From NCBI GenBank assembly GCA_951406725.2, contig OX597816.1:131316001-131380000 (forward strand): DNA of 64,000 bases. Reading direction: 5' to 3'. Shown piece by piece: positions 35,201-48,600 of the stretch (position 1 is the first letter of the stretch; each line of letters starts with the position of its first letter). A program made the translations under genes and the position numbers. Source of the DNA: Octopus vulgaris. Taxonomy: Eukaryota. A model generated the notes under the pieces. That model worked only from the letters and a program-made list of their open reading frames with translations, was not told the DNA's origin and searched no databases.

Positions 35201-38200
35201 CTGTAAAACCATGCCAAAGCAGACAGCAGAGCTTGGTACAATCTTCTGACTTGCTAGTTCCTGTCAAACCAGCCAAGTCATGCCAGTATGGAAAATGGGC
35301 ATCCTGTCACCCTCTATTATGCTTATGCATAATACACATGACTGGGGTACATACATGCAACAAACATCATATTGTATTTTTTTGCTATAATAATAAGGAA
35401 GCATGCCAGTTGGCTGAATAAAACATGTGTATGTTATATAAAGCTTAGAAATGCCAATTACATTTCCTGTTTTTCTTATTACTATACACACACACACACA
35501 CACACAGAGGCATTGTATCACTGTTTTATATCTGCTTTCCAATGCTTACATGAGTTGGTCCAAGTCAATTCTTATTTTGAGTCAACAAACAAAAGAAAAT
35601 TGCCTAAGAATCAATTTTGCAGAACATAAAATTAAACTAATATAGTGTTATGTGCTGACATAAGCCATTTCAATGTAAAAAGGCAAATATGAATAATACA
35701 AATCATCTGTGAAAAGCAAAAAATATAAAATACTGCAATGAATCTTTCATTATGAGCACTTACCTAAATTATCCAGTTCTGTGATGCGTGGAATCAAAGT
35801 ATTGACAATATAAGGCTGGATAAACTTGAACATGAGCAGAGTATGAAGATACTTCAGTGATTCTTTATTGTTAGATGCAAATGATGAACTTGATGATGTA
35901 AGTGATGGTTGAGAAGATTGACCATGCTAGAAACGACAACAACAGTTATTATTATAATTACCACCACCACTACTACCACCATTACAACCATTGTCAAAAG
36001 ACAGATACAATAGTGGCAAAAGACCACTTTACAACAAAAAGGTTTCTATCTAGCAAAATCTGAAAGACAGAAAATAAAAGCAACAACAGCAGGCCACAGA
36101 AACTGTTATTCTCAAAGTACCACAATTCAAGGCCTTAGAGATCATAGTAAGAGATTTCTTTGAGTGGTCACAAGTTGCCTCAAAATAGCAACTGAAGACC
36201 TCTACATCACAAAGCAAAAATACTGAAAGTACAATCGTACTCATACTTTCTAAGTGTGCAAATACCTAGCTCAGTACCACAACAGAAACCCCACATAACT
36301 CCAATTATTTTCAGATCCAGACAAAAAAAAGAAAGGTAAGTATATTCACAAAATTCAATAAAATTCATATGGTCTAGAAATTTGTTAACAATGAAAAGCA
36401 AAGAGACAACAACAAAGAAATTTTACTGCTTAGCAGTTGAAAATGCACTTTAGGGTTACTTGCTTTGAATATTAATAAGTGGTTATCCATCACCTGACCA
36501 GCTTATGATCAATAAGAAAGAAGGATGCCTACCACTGAAAACATAAAAAATACTAGCACAATTGCACAACAGTTTCTGGTTCATGCTGAAGAGCTACTGC
36601 AGTCAAATAGAACCAGAAATCACCAACGTTTGTCCAGATTGCAATTGTCCCACACTTCCTAACTATCCCGCTAATCTAAATACAGTGGACATGAAACAAT
36701 CCAGGAAAATAGCAGAATATCTTCAACTCAAATTGCAACAATGAACTTCAATTGAAGCAGTGACAACACAACATTAAAACTGAAACAAATTTGAAGTAAC
36801 TATATGAGATATTGCAATTCTTTAACTGCTAGGCCATTTCACCTGCATTAAAAAAATGTCATTTTTATTAAATTAACAAAGTCAAAGAAGGAAGTAAAAA
36901 ATACTTACAAGGTCAAAGCTATGTTCCCCCATGATTATAAGTTTGCGTGTATTTTTATCCAGTGATAAAAGGCATCTAAAAATGAATTAATCAATCATTG
37001 AATTTAAAAAAGAAAAAAAATTCTTTGTTTTAATAAATTTCTAATGATGTGAGAAATGGATTCATGGTAGATGTATGAAAATGAAGGTGACCCCAAGACT
37101 GGTGAGAGAGGTTGTTTGTGGAAGATATGAGAAAGGAGCTGGAAGGCTGGATGAGGTGATGAGGTGGAGACAGTGACAGGGTTTTGTTATTTGGGAGATG
37201 GGGTGAATGTAAGTGATGGATGTGAAGCAGCTGTGACAGCAAGAGTGAGACTTGGCTGGGTGAAGTTCAGGAAATGTGGAGCGTTGTTATATGGGAAAAG
37301 GTTCTCATTGAAGATGAAAGGAAAGGTCTAAAGGAGTTGTGTGAGAGCTGCAATGCTGTATGGGAGTGAGACATGGTGTTTGAGGGAGAGAGAGATGGCA
37401 ATTTTGAGAAGGACTGAGAGAGCAATGGTGGGAGAAATGTGTGGCATGAGGCTGTTTGATAAGAGGAGGACTGAGGACTTGATGGGGATGCTGGGGTTGG
37501 AGGAATCAATAGAATGGCTGGCAAGGGCAAATGGAGTGTGTTGAGGAGGGATGAGGAGCATGTTCTGAAGAGGGTGCTAGAGTTTGAGGTAAATAGACAG
37601 TGAAAGCGAGGTATACTGGGGGACAGGTGGAGGAAGAGATTGGGAGGGTTGGCTTGAGAAGGGAGGACACCCAAAACTGGGCAAGATGGCGAGATGGTGT
37701 GAGGGCAGTTGCTATGGCATTGAGGTAGATCTGGCCACCCCTGTTAATGGGGACAAAACCTGAATTTAAAATGATGAATGATGAACTCAGAAATAATGTA
37801 AAACATTTAGAATAACATAAATACCTGATCATTCGTAGTTGAGTGAGAGAGAGACCAGGCCAGGAGTCCATATCTGTGAGAAGGTGCAACACAGATGGAG
37901 CTATCAGAGGTTTGTCATTCATCAAACCCCATAGATAAAGAAGCAGTACATCATGGATATCTCGAATTCCCCCTGAAACAGACAAGAACAATTAGTAAAC
38001 AATAATACAGAGAAACAACTTTTGATAAGTTATTTTCATGGAGAACATGGGATGAAATGCTAAGTAATATACAAGTGAGGAGCCAAACAACTATAATGAA
38101 TATTAGAATAAACTAGAAATCAACCCATGCTTCACTTACTCTTCATTGTGCATGACTATAAGTCATCCATAACACCACATTATCTAGTAGTTGTTTAGCC

Positions 38201-39621
38201 CCAAGTCAACTCTGATTAAGCAGACCTACAATCAAAAACATTAAAATTATGACAATCCCCTTTTTTTCAGGGAAAATGTACCCTGGATTACATTATCCAA
38301 CCTTTTTTTAAGATGGCAGCATGTGATTTGAGTGAGGTTTGGCTTCTATTTCAAGTGGATTGATTGACCACTTAGATAATTACTCAAAGGTTCATATCTC
38401 AATATCTTTTAAAAGGCAGTCTCATCATCATGGTAATAGAAGGAACATATAAATATTCATTCTCTTTAATCTTTGAATAGAAATAAAAGTCTGTAATTTG
38501 GCTAAGAAACAAGCATTGTAAAAAGTAAATGTGAGCTGCAATTTAGTTAACAACAATTTAATGAAGAGAAATATTTTCGACAGTTCAGGTTTTGCTATTA
38601 CATTTTGAAAATTTTTACTTTCATTTAGCCACTCACTTTGACCATTTCTGCTCATTCTCCTTCTTTCCATCAAAACAGTTTGATAACACTGTCTCACAAA
38701 TTCTAATTTTTTTTTTATCTTTAGTCAATAAGTATTATTTCTTATTTGTTTCTGTCAAGAAATCAAAGGAAGTGACTCCTATTCCCTTCAAACTTTGTTT
38801 TTGTGACCTGGACATCAAGAGGATCAGTTAATTATAATTTTATTGAACACACTTATTGCAGTGGTCTTTCAGTTTTTGTAAGCCCTGTAAAAGAACTCAG
38901 AAGGTTGGGCCTCCAGTCAGGCCTTTTGCAATACCCTTAAACCCAGGAACTTTTCAGCACACCCTTTAGTCAAAATTTATTTTAAAATTCATCATTTACT
39001 TTATTTTTCATGTTACATACTTTTCCAAACATTAAAATTGGATACTTGCAAAAATATAAATTGATTTATTTGAACTGGTGTAAAAAATATATTTTACTGT
39101 ACATAGTTAATCATTCAACTAAAGAAAGCAGATAAATGTGGATAAAAAAGGAACATAAAACAATAACTGTATTAAGATTTCTACTCATTATATATTCAAG
39201 CATGTATTATTTCACACCAATGATGTATATTTACTCTCACATTTAGTCATGATCAATACAAATCAAAAAACTACTTACTATGTTCAGAGAGCTGCAGAAT
39301 ATCAGGGTATTCTGGCCACAAGCTCAGACGGCTGACACACAGCTATAAAAATAAACAGAGACAAAAAATAGTTATTTCTTACATAAGCAAAAGCTCTTAG
39401 ACTTATAGACAGAGAAAAAAATGAGAGAGAGAGAGAGAAAAGAAAGAGTGCAGGGGAAGGTTGTATAAAAAGTAATATAATGTTATAGAAGCAAAACTTG
39501 AACTACTTTTGCACAGTAACATTACAATGTAAGATATGTGTGCATACCTCCAATAACTGATCTAATTTTAAGAGTATTCCATGTAAATGTACAAAATAGT
39601 AATAGTGAATGTGTGTGTGTG

Positions 39622-39661
<40 letters not shown>

Positions 39662-42600
39662 TATAGAAAAATACAAATATGTGTATCATGTTGTAATTGT
39701 AAGAGTATGTTTTTTTGTTTCTTTACATGTGTATGAAGATGTGATCCACTCAATTTTTTGTATTTCTCCATGTATAAGGTAGATCTTACTGTTTACTATT
39801 AGATATGAATAAATGACAATTAGGCTAAGGGGGATGCTGAAAGTCTGGAAAATGACATATAATAAAAGATGACAATATCTTAGCTCACCATCAAAGGTTC
39901 CTTCAATTGCTTCTGATCAAAAGGGCAAGCAGGGCATGCGACAACAGCTAACAATGAAGCATTTGGTGAGAGAGCTACACCGATGTATTGTAAAGCAAAA
40001 ACGGGGCAGTCGATAGTTATAGGAAATAATTTACTATCCAACTTTAACTCTGGAAATAGGGTAAAAGAAAATGAATGAGTACAAAATCAGAAACTGAAGA
40101 TTATTTTTAAGATTAATCATAACAAACATTAAAATTTTGACATGATCAATTGAAATATTGATTTCAAATTTTGGCACAAGAGCAGCAATTATGATAGAAG
40201 ATCTACTCAATTACATTGACCCCAGTGCTCAACTGGTACTTATTTTATTGACCTTTGAAGGATGAAAAGCAAAGTCGACCCTTGGGGAATTTGAACTCTG
40301 AAGGTAAAGATGGACAAAATGTCACTAAGCATTCTGCCTGGCGTGCTAATGATTCTGGCTGCCTTGATCTATTGAAATATTAATGATTTCATTCTTAGGG
40401 TATTAACTAATCACATATTCTGTTTTATAGGTAGTTGATAATATAAATAGTGATTGATTGTACAATCTTGTTATAAACACTAATTTTATATAAGTAAATA
40501 AGAGGTACATTAGTTGAGGGGTCAAAATGCTGGACTATTGAGTATATGGTCATAAGTTAAGATCTTACTAGAGTTGCACCCTTAAACAATCTACCTAACT
40601 TGTATGAGAAGAAAAAAAGTGGTTCAACTCCTACTCTATGGTTAAGTAATTGGCAATAAAATGATATACAAACTGCTGGAGAGAACTGCAGTTTGGAACA
40701 TAAGCTTGGTTTAACTTATTAACTCATTGCTTTATCACATCCCTGCTCACTGCTATTGGAGCAGAGATGGCTGTCTGCAAGGGTGAGCCCTGTGAGTCAA
40801 GAGTGGATGTTCTAGCATATGTCCCTCACTATCCTCCAGGGCAACACCTTTTCCATTTTGTCTGCTGGGACCATGATGCAGTCTGAATTACACTGAAAGC
40901 TTATTATATTACGATGTTACTTAAACATTTTCAATTAATTTTTAAATATGATATCATTTGTATTGTTTGGCAACTTGAGCTAGATTCTTCGAAGGAAATG
41001 CTTATTGTGAAACATGTGTCTTGAATATTTATAAAATTATCTTCTCATATGAGAATTTGTACAGAATTTCTAATTGTGATAAAGTAAATAACTGCTTAAA
41101 AAAACCCAACTCATTGCCTCTATTTTCTTTTTTTGATCCCTAGGATTCATAAGGCTAGTTACCCATTTTCCATGGCATACAAATGACCAAGACTACAACA
41201 CTCTTTCTGAATGGGACACTGGCCCAGTTGCATGGTTTAAGAACAGAAATTTAGAGGAGGTGGGTGGCAAGTCAATTACATTGGTCACATTATGTGAGTG
41301 GTACTTTATTTTATCAACCCTGAAGGAATGAAAGACAAAGTTGACAGCTATACAAGCATGGATGAATGACTGTAAAAAAATTAAAGATTGAATCAAATCA
41401 GTATACATGGGGATACTGAAAAGTTCCTGGGTTTAAGGGTATCACAAAAGGCCTGGTTGGAAGACCAGCTTTCCGAGTTCTTTTACAGGGCTTACAAAAA
41501 CTGAAGGACTGCTGAAATAAGTGTGTGAATCCGAGAGGGGAATATGTTGAATAAAATCATAATTAACTGATCCTCCTGTATTTTCTTTTACCCAAAGCCA
41601 AGAACTTTTCAGCACCCCTTCATATTATTGGAATGCATTTTATCAATTCCAGATTATGAAGTATCAAACTAATCATCAAAGGTAATTTACATGCCATCAA
41701 AACTATCTTCATGCAGTTTCCAATTTACCTAACAACAGATTATATATTACATAATTATATATCAGATGACAGTAGTAGCTTGCTCTGTTCTGTTGTTTTA
41801 GTTGCTCTGTCTCAGAAAAATGAGGGTTGTTTCTTCCCATTAGCTGGCAAGGGCTTTTTTTTAATCAGACAGGTTGGTGTGACACATAAATGGTTAATAC
41901 AGGTATTACTGAGTTAGGAATGTCTTGTTTGGTGAGAATACATAAGAGAGAAACAAATTCTTATGAAGGACTGCATGTATTATTTGATGTATGCTTTATA
42001 AGTAAAGAGAAATAAGATTGAGTAGCAGAAGAAATGAAATGGCTAAAATTGAGGATTAAAAAAAGGGGTCTTTGATTTAAATTGTAGGTAATTAGACCCT
42101 ACTCCCTCAGTTGGTTGTTATCATCTACTTATAAAATCTTATTCATATTTTGGCAATAGAAAATAAAGTGCTTTTACTCTTATAAGCTATATTATAGGAA
42201 AAAGAAAGCTTAGAGAAAATTAACAGACCTCACTGCCAGGAATGTGGCACAAATCAATGCAAATACTTAGTGTTAGTAACATAACTGTCCTGATATTATC
42301 TAACCACTATTGAGAATAAGTGTCATCATTTACCTTCTTCCTTCATTGTAGCTTTTATAAGTTGAACCTTTTCATCAGAAGCCGAGAGAACCAATGTACC
42401 ACTACGCGAGGACATACCTGAAAGAAAATTAGTAAAAATAACAATTAAAACCTTATTAACAATGAAATTTTAAATGGAAATAAACCCAAGTATATGGGAG
42501 AAAATTAGTAAACTTGTAAAGATTTACTAAAAATTAGTAAACTTGTAAAGATTTACTAAAAATTAGTAAACTCGTAAAATGACAAAGTCATCTGGAAAAG

Positions 42601-45600
42601 AAAGATAATTTGTAGACGGAAGATGATATATTTAATTTCTTTTAATTTCAGAAAGAAATTTATATCACATTTTGCAATAAACTGTGTCATTGGTTTTTAA
42701 TGGGCCAATCATTGGTTCATTGCATTTTCAATGTTAAGAGTAACAAGAACTTAAGTACCAATTTAGTGGGATAAATTTCACAAGGTATTTTGGCTCAACA
42801 AACAGATATATTAATTTTCTAACCAATGGATATATATCATTCACCATGATACATGCACACAAACACACACACAGCATTTTGCATAATTTCAGTTTACAAA
42901 CTGCACAAAGCCCTTGGCTCAGGTATAAAACATTTGATTAATTTTGAGGTGATCTTCTTAACCTCACAGTTCTTTATGACCCTAATTTATCTTTCACTGA
43001 AATTTAAAGCAAAAGCTTATAATTAATATATACAAAATTTCACTTCATAAAAAAAGCAATGATGATGATGATGATTTTCATCAAGTAGTTTAATATGTAT
43101 ATATGTACAAATATATTTTACCTGTACAGGAAAGGTTGTACTGTCCTCTGATGTGTACCATTTGAGTACAAGTTAATTTAGCTCTGTCTAACACAAAAGC
43201 CATTATAAAAAGATCTTTTGAGGCAAACAAAAGCCATTGATCCTGTAAGGAAAATAAAAACATATATGGTTAGAAACACATAAAAGGAAATTATATATAT
43301 ATATTACCAATATTATGGTACTGTACCTGTTGTGTTATTTCGAATATTGTATGGTAAAACTAACTATAGTAACAAATTCTGTACAGTTAATGACACTTAA
43401 AATGGCTAAATGATCTCAAGAAATATTGAGAATTATAGACCTTATTGATAACAAAGTCATTCTCTTTTACTACAAAGGGGTGGTTATATGAACAATGTTA
43501 AAAGCACAATGTAGAACACAGGAAAAACAAGGTCAGTAAGGAAAATAGCATTAAAATGTTTTGAGCTAAAATGGAAATTAGTTAGGAATCAGCTGCGATA
43601 GAGAGACAATGTTAGGTTAAATCTATCTAAAGTGGAACAAATGCTTAACTATTTATGATAGTTGTGGTACTGGGTATTTTATAATTGTCATATGCTACTT
43701 AATAACATCAGAATTATTTGAGATTGAAAATATCATGCTTATGTGTACTGGTCCATAGTGCAATATAGCTTGACATTCATTATAAAGGTTGAATAAACTA
43801 CTCCAATAGTAAATGACTTCTGAAGTGTGAAATACATCCATGGTTAGATGCTGATTCTATGAAATGATAGACTACAACAATAACCTTAACCTGTATGCAG
43901 TTATGCATCAATAATGTTTTAATGCATAATTCTTTACACTTGTCAAAAATTAATTTAATGTACTTTAATGCATTTTTGTTTTTTTAATTAGTTAAGGTAG
44001 AGATATTTCCATTTGTGAGAAAAGTGTCCTGAAAGATGAGAAGCTAGGGTGAAATATGAAATAAGCTTGGTAAAGGTTAAAGGTTAAATGAACAAATATG
44101 AAGTACTAAGTTCATGCTGTTTTGATATTGTGTGGCTCTCATGCTGAGCTGAGAAAAACAGATTCTGAAAGTAGGATGAAACATAAAAGCAGAAGAGATA
44201 AAGCCAAAATATTTGGAAGGAACAGAAGAAAGAAAAATGTTACATAAGGGATAGTGAATAAATGTTTTTCTTTAAACATTTCCTAGATTCTATCTACAAG
44301 TGTTAGTGAGAAGATTTTAGTTCTCTATTCCAAATACAATATCATTTTTCTACATTTTTTTTATTGTAGTTATTTTACATATATTCTTTTTTTTACCATA
44401 CTCGCATGGATTGGATGGCTTTTGTTTGAGCAATTAAAAAAAAAAATTTTTTTTCACAGTTGAATGCCATTGCTACTACTAACCAGTCAACTGTCAAGTA
44501 AGGTAAAATCAATTTTTGTTAAGTAAAGCAAACTGAAATAGAGTTATATGCCTTGCTCAAAGTATGCCACAATAGCTATAGTGATGATCTCCAAATTCTG
44601 TGGTCAGAAATCCAGCTCACAAACCTGGAGTCATAGCGCAGTTTATTCAAGAAATAAATGTAAATTGATGTAAGACTAAAATTTATTATAAGATCACATT
44701 CTAACCTGATGGATGTCGAGGCATTGCCAACTGAGAGCATTTACAGATATTAAATCAGGATCAGCCCAGACATCTTCGCTGTCAGACACAATGCCACATG
44801 TCAAGTTGAAACGAATCACTTTTATCATTCCATCAGAATAGCCCACAGCTAATATCATATCTGAAATTATTAAAATAATGGTCAATACAATCAGCAAACA
44901 ACAACCTTCAAATACAAAAATCAAATGTATAAGCAACAACAACAGCAAGACTGACATCTTACCTATGTACACTTTAGTAATTATTTCCTCTACATATGTT
45001 ATATACACTCTAACTTTCAAACAAATCAATGATGTCACAAGCCAGCTTCCAAATGGTCACTTGACTGCTAGAATTAGTTGCCAAATCTCCCTCAAAGCAG
45101 ACAATGCTGTCTTAGTGAAAAGAACACATTGGATAATATGCATGCTGCTCTGCTGTGTTCTGTATTGCTTTACAATGAATAACTAAAAGGAATGCATTAG
45201 TGTTTAAACAACCCTGATTATGTAAGATGCTATGGATTCACATGTGTCATAATGATGTGTACAGAAAAGTAGAAGCAGTTAAGAAAGATTGACATTACCA
45301 GAAGGTGATAATGGTTATGTCAAGCCACAGTATAAAGAAATAAGATATCCTTCATGTGGCTATTTAGTGGAAAAGAGGGAAAAGAGATCTACATACAACT
45401 ATGTCAGATTGCATGATGAGGAAAGGTTGAGGGACAGCTGGATTGTAAAATTTCAAGGACATCCAAGTGATAAAGGGCTGAATAAGTTAACGAAACTGGT
45501 TAATAAGATGAAGTAAACCTCCAATGAATAAACAGCTGCAAAACAAATTGTATGAGTATAAACAATTAAAAAATGGTTTCTACACCACAGAGGGATGAAG

Positions 45601-48600
45601 GAGTTTTAGACTCTGCATTAGTGCTCGACCTGCTAGAAATAGCAGTCAAAATCTCCTTCATATCATGCCCTACTGTCTTACAAAAAGAAAAATTCACAAG
45701 ACAGTGTAGTCCCAAACATATATTAAGGAGGTGGAAAAACTTTGATCATAGGTTGGCTTAATTAGGGCTGACCTAGGTCTATACAACATCAACAACAATA
45801 GTTCTAGATTACCTTCTTGAGAAGGGCACCATGACATGGAAGTAGGAATGCTGTCATGTATAGAAGCTGTGGTCAAATATACACAGTCCCCACTGAAATA
45901 AGAAAATGGTAAAATAATGAAAGTATAAATAATTTAACAAATTTAACGAAATATTGAAAAAATCAATTATTACATTAGTAAATTGGTGTGGGTGTCTGTG
46001 TGTGCATAGCATCTTCTATACTAGCTTGTTGCAGCTGAGATTATATATCAAATAACCAAGGTGCCAATTAAAAAGCACTAGTGCTGGTACCACGTGAAAA
46101 GCACTAGTGCTGGTACCATGTGAAAGGCACTGGTGCTGGTACTACGTGAAAAGCACTGGTAATAGTGCCCTGTAAAATGCACTGATGATGGTGCCATATA
46201 AAATGCACTGGTGCTGGTACCATGTCAGAAAGCACAGATGATGGTGCTGCGTAAAAAGCACTGGTGATAGTACCATGTAAAAAAGCACAGGTGATGGTGC
46301 CACGTGAAAAGCACCCTGTACACTGTAAAGTGGTTGGCATTTGGAAGAAACCAAGCCAAAATAGACTGTGGAACCTGGTGCAATCTCTGGCCTTGCTAGT
46401 TCCTGTCAAGCCATCCAACCCTTAGCATGATTATGATGATGATGATGAATATAGGTATGTAAGCAGGTTTGATTTTTCAATAATTATACATTTCACAGGT
46501 ATTTCCCATTCTTTGAAAACCTGTATAATCAGTTACATCTTGCTTGATGGATTAAAGATCCAAGACGGACGTTTTGCCTTGCTGATAGTAATACCAGCAT
46601 CAATCTAATACAAAATATATTCATCATTTCTCCTCTAGCTTCATTCTAAAATGTAGCTCAACTTGAGAGAGGCAGTGATGCAATATGGTATGCTCTAAAA
46701 GAGGAGCATCCAACTATAAAGCAATTGTTCCAACAATATATTCCTTTACTAGTTTTAGTCTATTTGATGGTAATCATCAAGTATTTTAGCCAATCACGTT
46801 AACCCCAGTACTCTGTCTGCTTCTTATTTTATCTATTGAATGGCTAAGTCCATCTTATGTAAAAGCATGTAACTTGGAAATAAATACTGTAAGGTAATTT
46901 TTTTTGCTGTAGTGACTTATTGGCCATTCTTTGCTGACACATATTCAACAGCCATTGCATAGTTTGTTTCCTAAATTTCACTCACCAGGCTTTGGTCAAC
47001 TTAAGGCTCTGGTAGAAAAACACTTAGCCACAACACCATGCAGAGGGATTGAAACCAGAACTATGAGGTTTGCAAAGCTTAACTTCTTAACCACACAGCC
47101 AGTTTTGTAATAATCATTTCATCACATTAATATGGAAAGAAAAAGTTTTAAAAGCTAAAAGCAACATTAACCCTTTAGCATTTAAACTGCCTACACCCAG
47201 CCAAAATATTCTACTTGTTCTCTGTTCAAACTGACCAGATCTGGCATCTCACACCTACCTTAGAATGTCGTTTTGAACATAAACAATCACATCAATGAAA
47301 TCTCAAGGTTACAAGATAAAGCATGATTAATTCAAAGCATTGTGAATAAATAAGCATTACATTTCACAGAATAATCTGAATGCTAAAAGGTTAAACATAT
47401 ACACAGTTTAGGTAGTAATAATAAATGGAAATGGAAAAAGTCAAGTCAGTTTAATTTACCTGCATATTATAGGAAAGTGGACCTTCCAAAAGACAACATC
47501 CCCGTTTTTCATTGCTGAGGCAAATATGGAATATTTGGATTTTTCAGTGGAACTTTGCATCAGCAGATTCCGATCATCTGGGTGTATTATAGCAGGGAAT
47601 GTCTCATATGTGTTAGACCAGGCCATAGCTAATTAGAAAACAATCAAGTATATTAGGTATGATGCATAACATAGTAAATTACAACATGATAAAATATATA
47701 ACAGTGAAATTACTTTATTTTTCTACTAATTTCAGCCAAGAATTTAATATAGTAAATAAATCAATTTCCCCATATGAGCATGAGAGCAATAAACTTTCAA
47801 AAATTGCCCTTCTGGCAGCTAAGCAAGAGGTAAAAGTGAAATTTCTTCTAGTTATAAATAAATCTATTAAACAAATATAGGAAATTTTGTCATTTTGAAA
47901 TGCTTCAAATTAATATTAGGAAATAAATGCAACAACATTAAGACTAAAAATCTACTTGAAAGGCCTGAATATTATTTAGACATTCACAAAATATTTGACT
48001 TGATAAGAGAGAGCTGGTGGATCTTATTTTCTTGTTTCATTCTTAAAAATAACTTATTTCTAAAATGTCTTCAAACAGATGATTAATTCTTTTGTGACTA
48101 TATTTCTGATGAAAAATACTGTTTAAGTGCTTCTAATAATTTTGAAAATAAGTAAAAATTGTTAGGGATTTAGACAAATATGTAACTTCATTATTTTGTC
48201 ATCAATAATTGCAGCAAAATCATCATCATTTAATGTTCGCTTTCCATGCTGGCATGGGTTGGACAGTTTGACGAAGGGCTGGCGAGCCAGAAGGCTGCCT
48301 CAGTCTCCAGTCTGATCTGGCAAAGTTTCTACAGCTGGATGCCCTTCCTAACACCAACCACTCAGAGAGTAGTGGGTGCTTTTACGTGCCACTGGCACAA
48401 GGGCCAGTTAGGTGGTACTGGCATCGGCCATGCTCAGTCATTGGGTATGACTCCTTCATGTATCACCTGGTTGACTATACGGGTGACTAGACTATAGCCG
48501 ACACCACCAGATATTTCAAGCATCTCTGTGGTGATTGCTGATGGGCCGAGGGCTTTCCCTGTCTTCATACCTTTAATTGCTTTATCTATTCGGATAGCTG

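Noticed and set aside
36562-36744. Plus-strand 60-aa ORF with CPDCNCP
   Set aside because: TTG start, no splice context, antisense in a GTF3C4 intron. The gene model is complete without it.
46058-46320. Regularly spaced repeats of about 25 bp, resembling a CRISPR array
   Set aside because: No unique spacers, eukaryotic context, and part of the RTE-tail repeat family.
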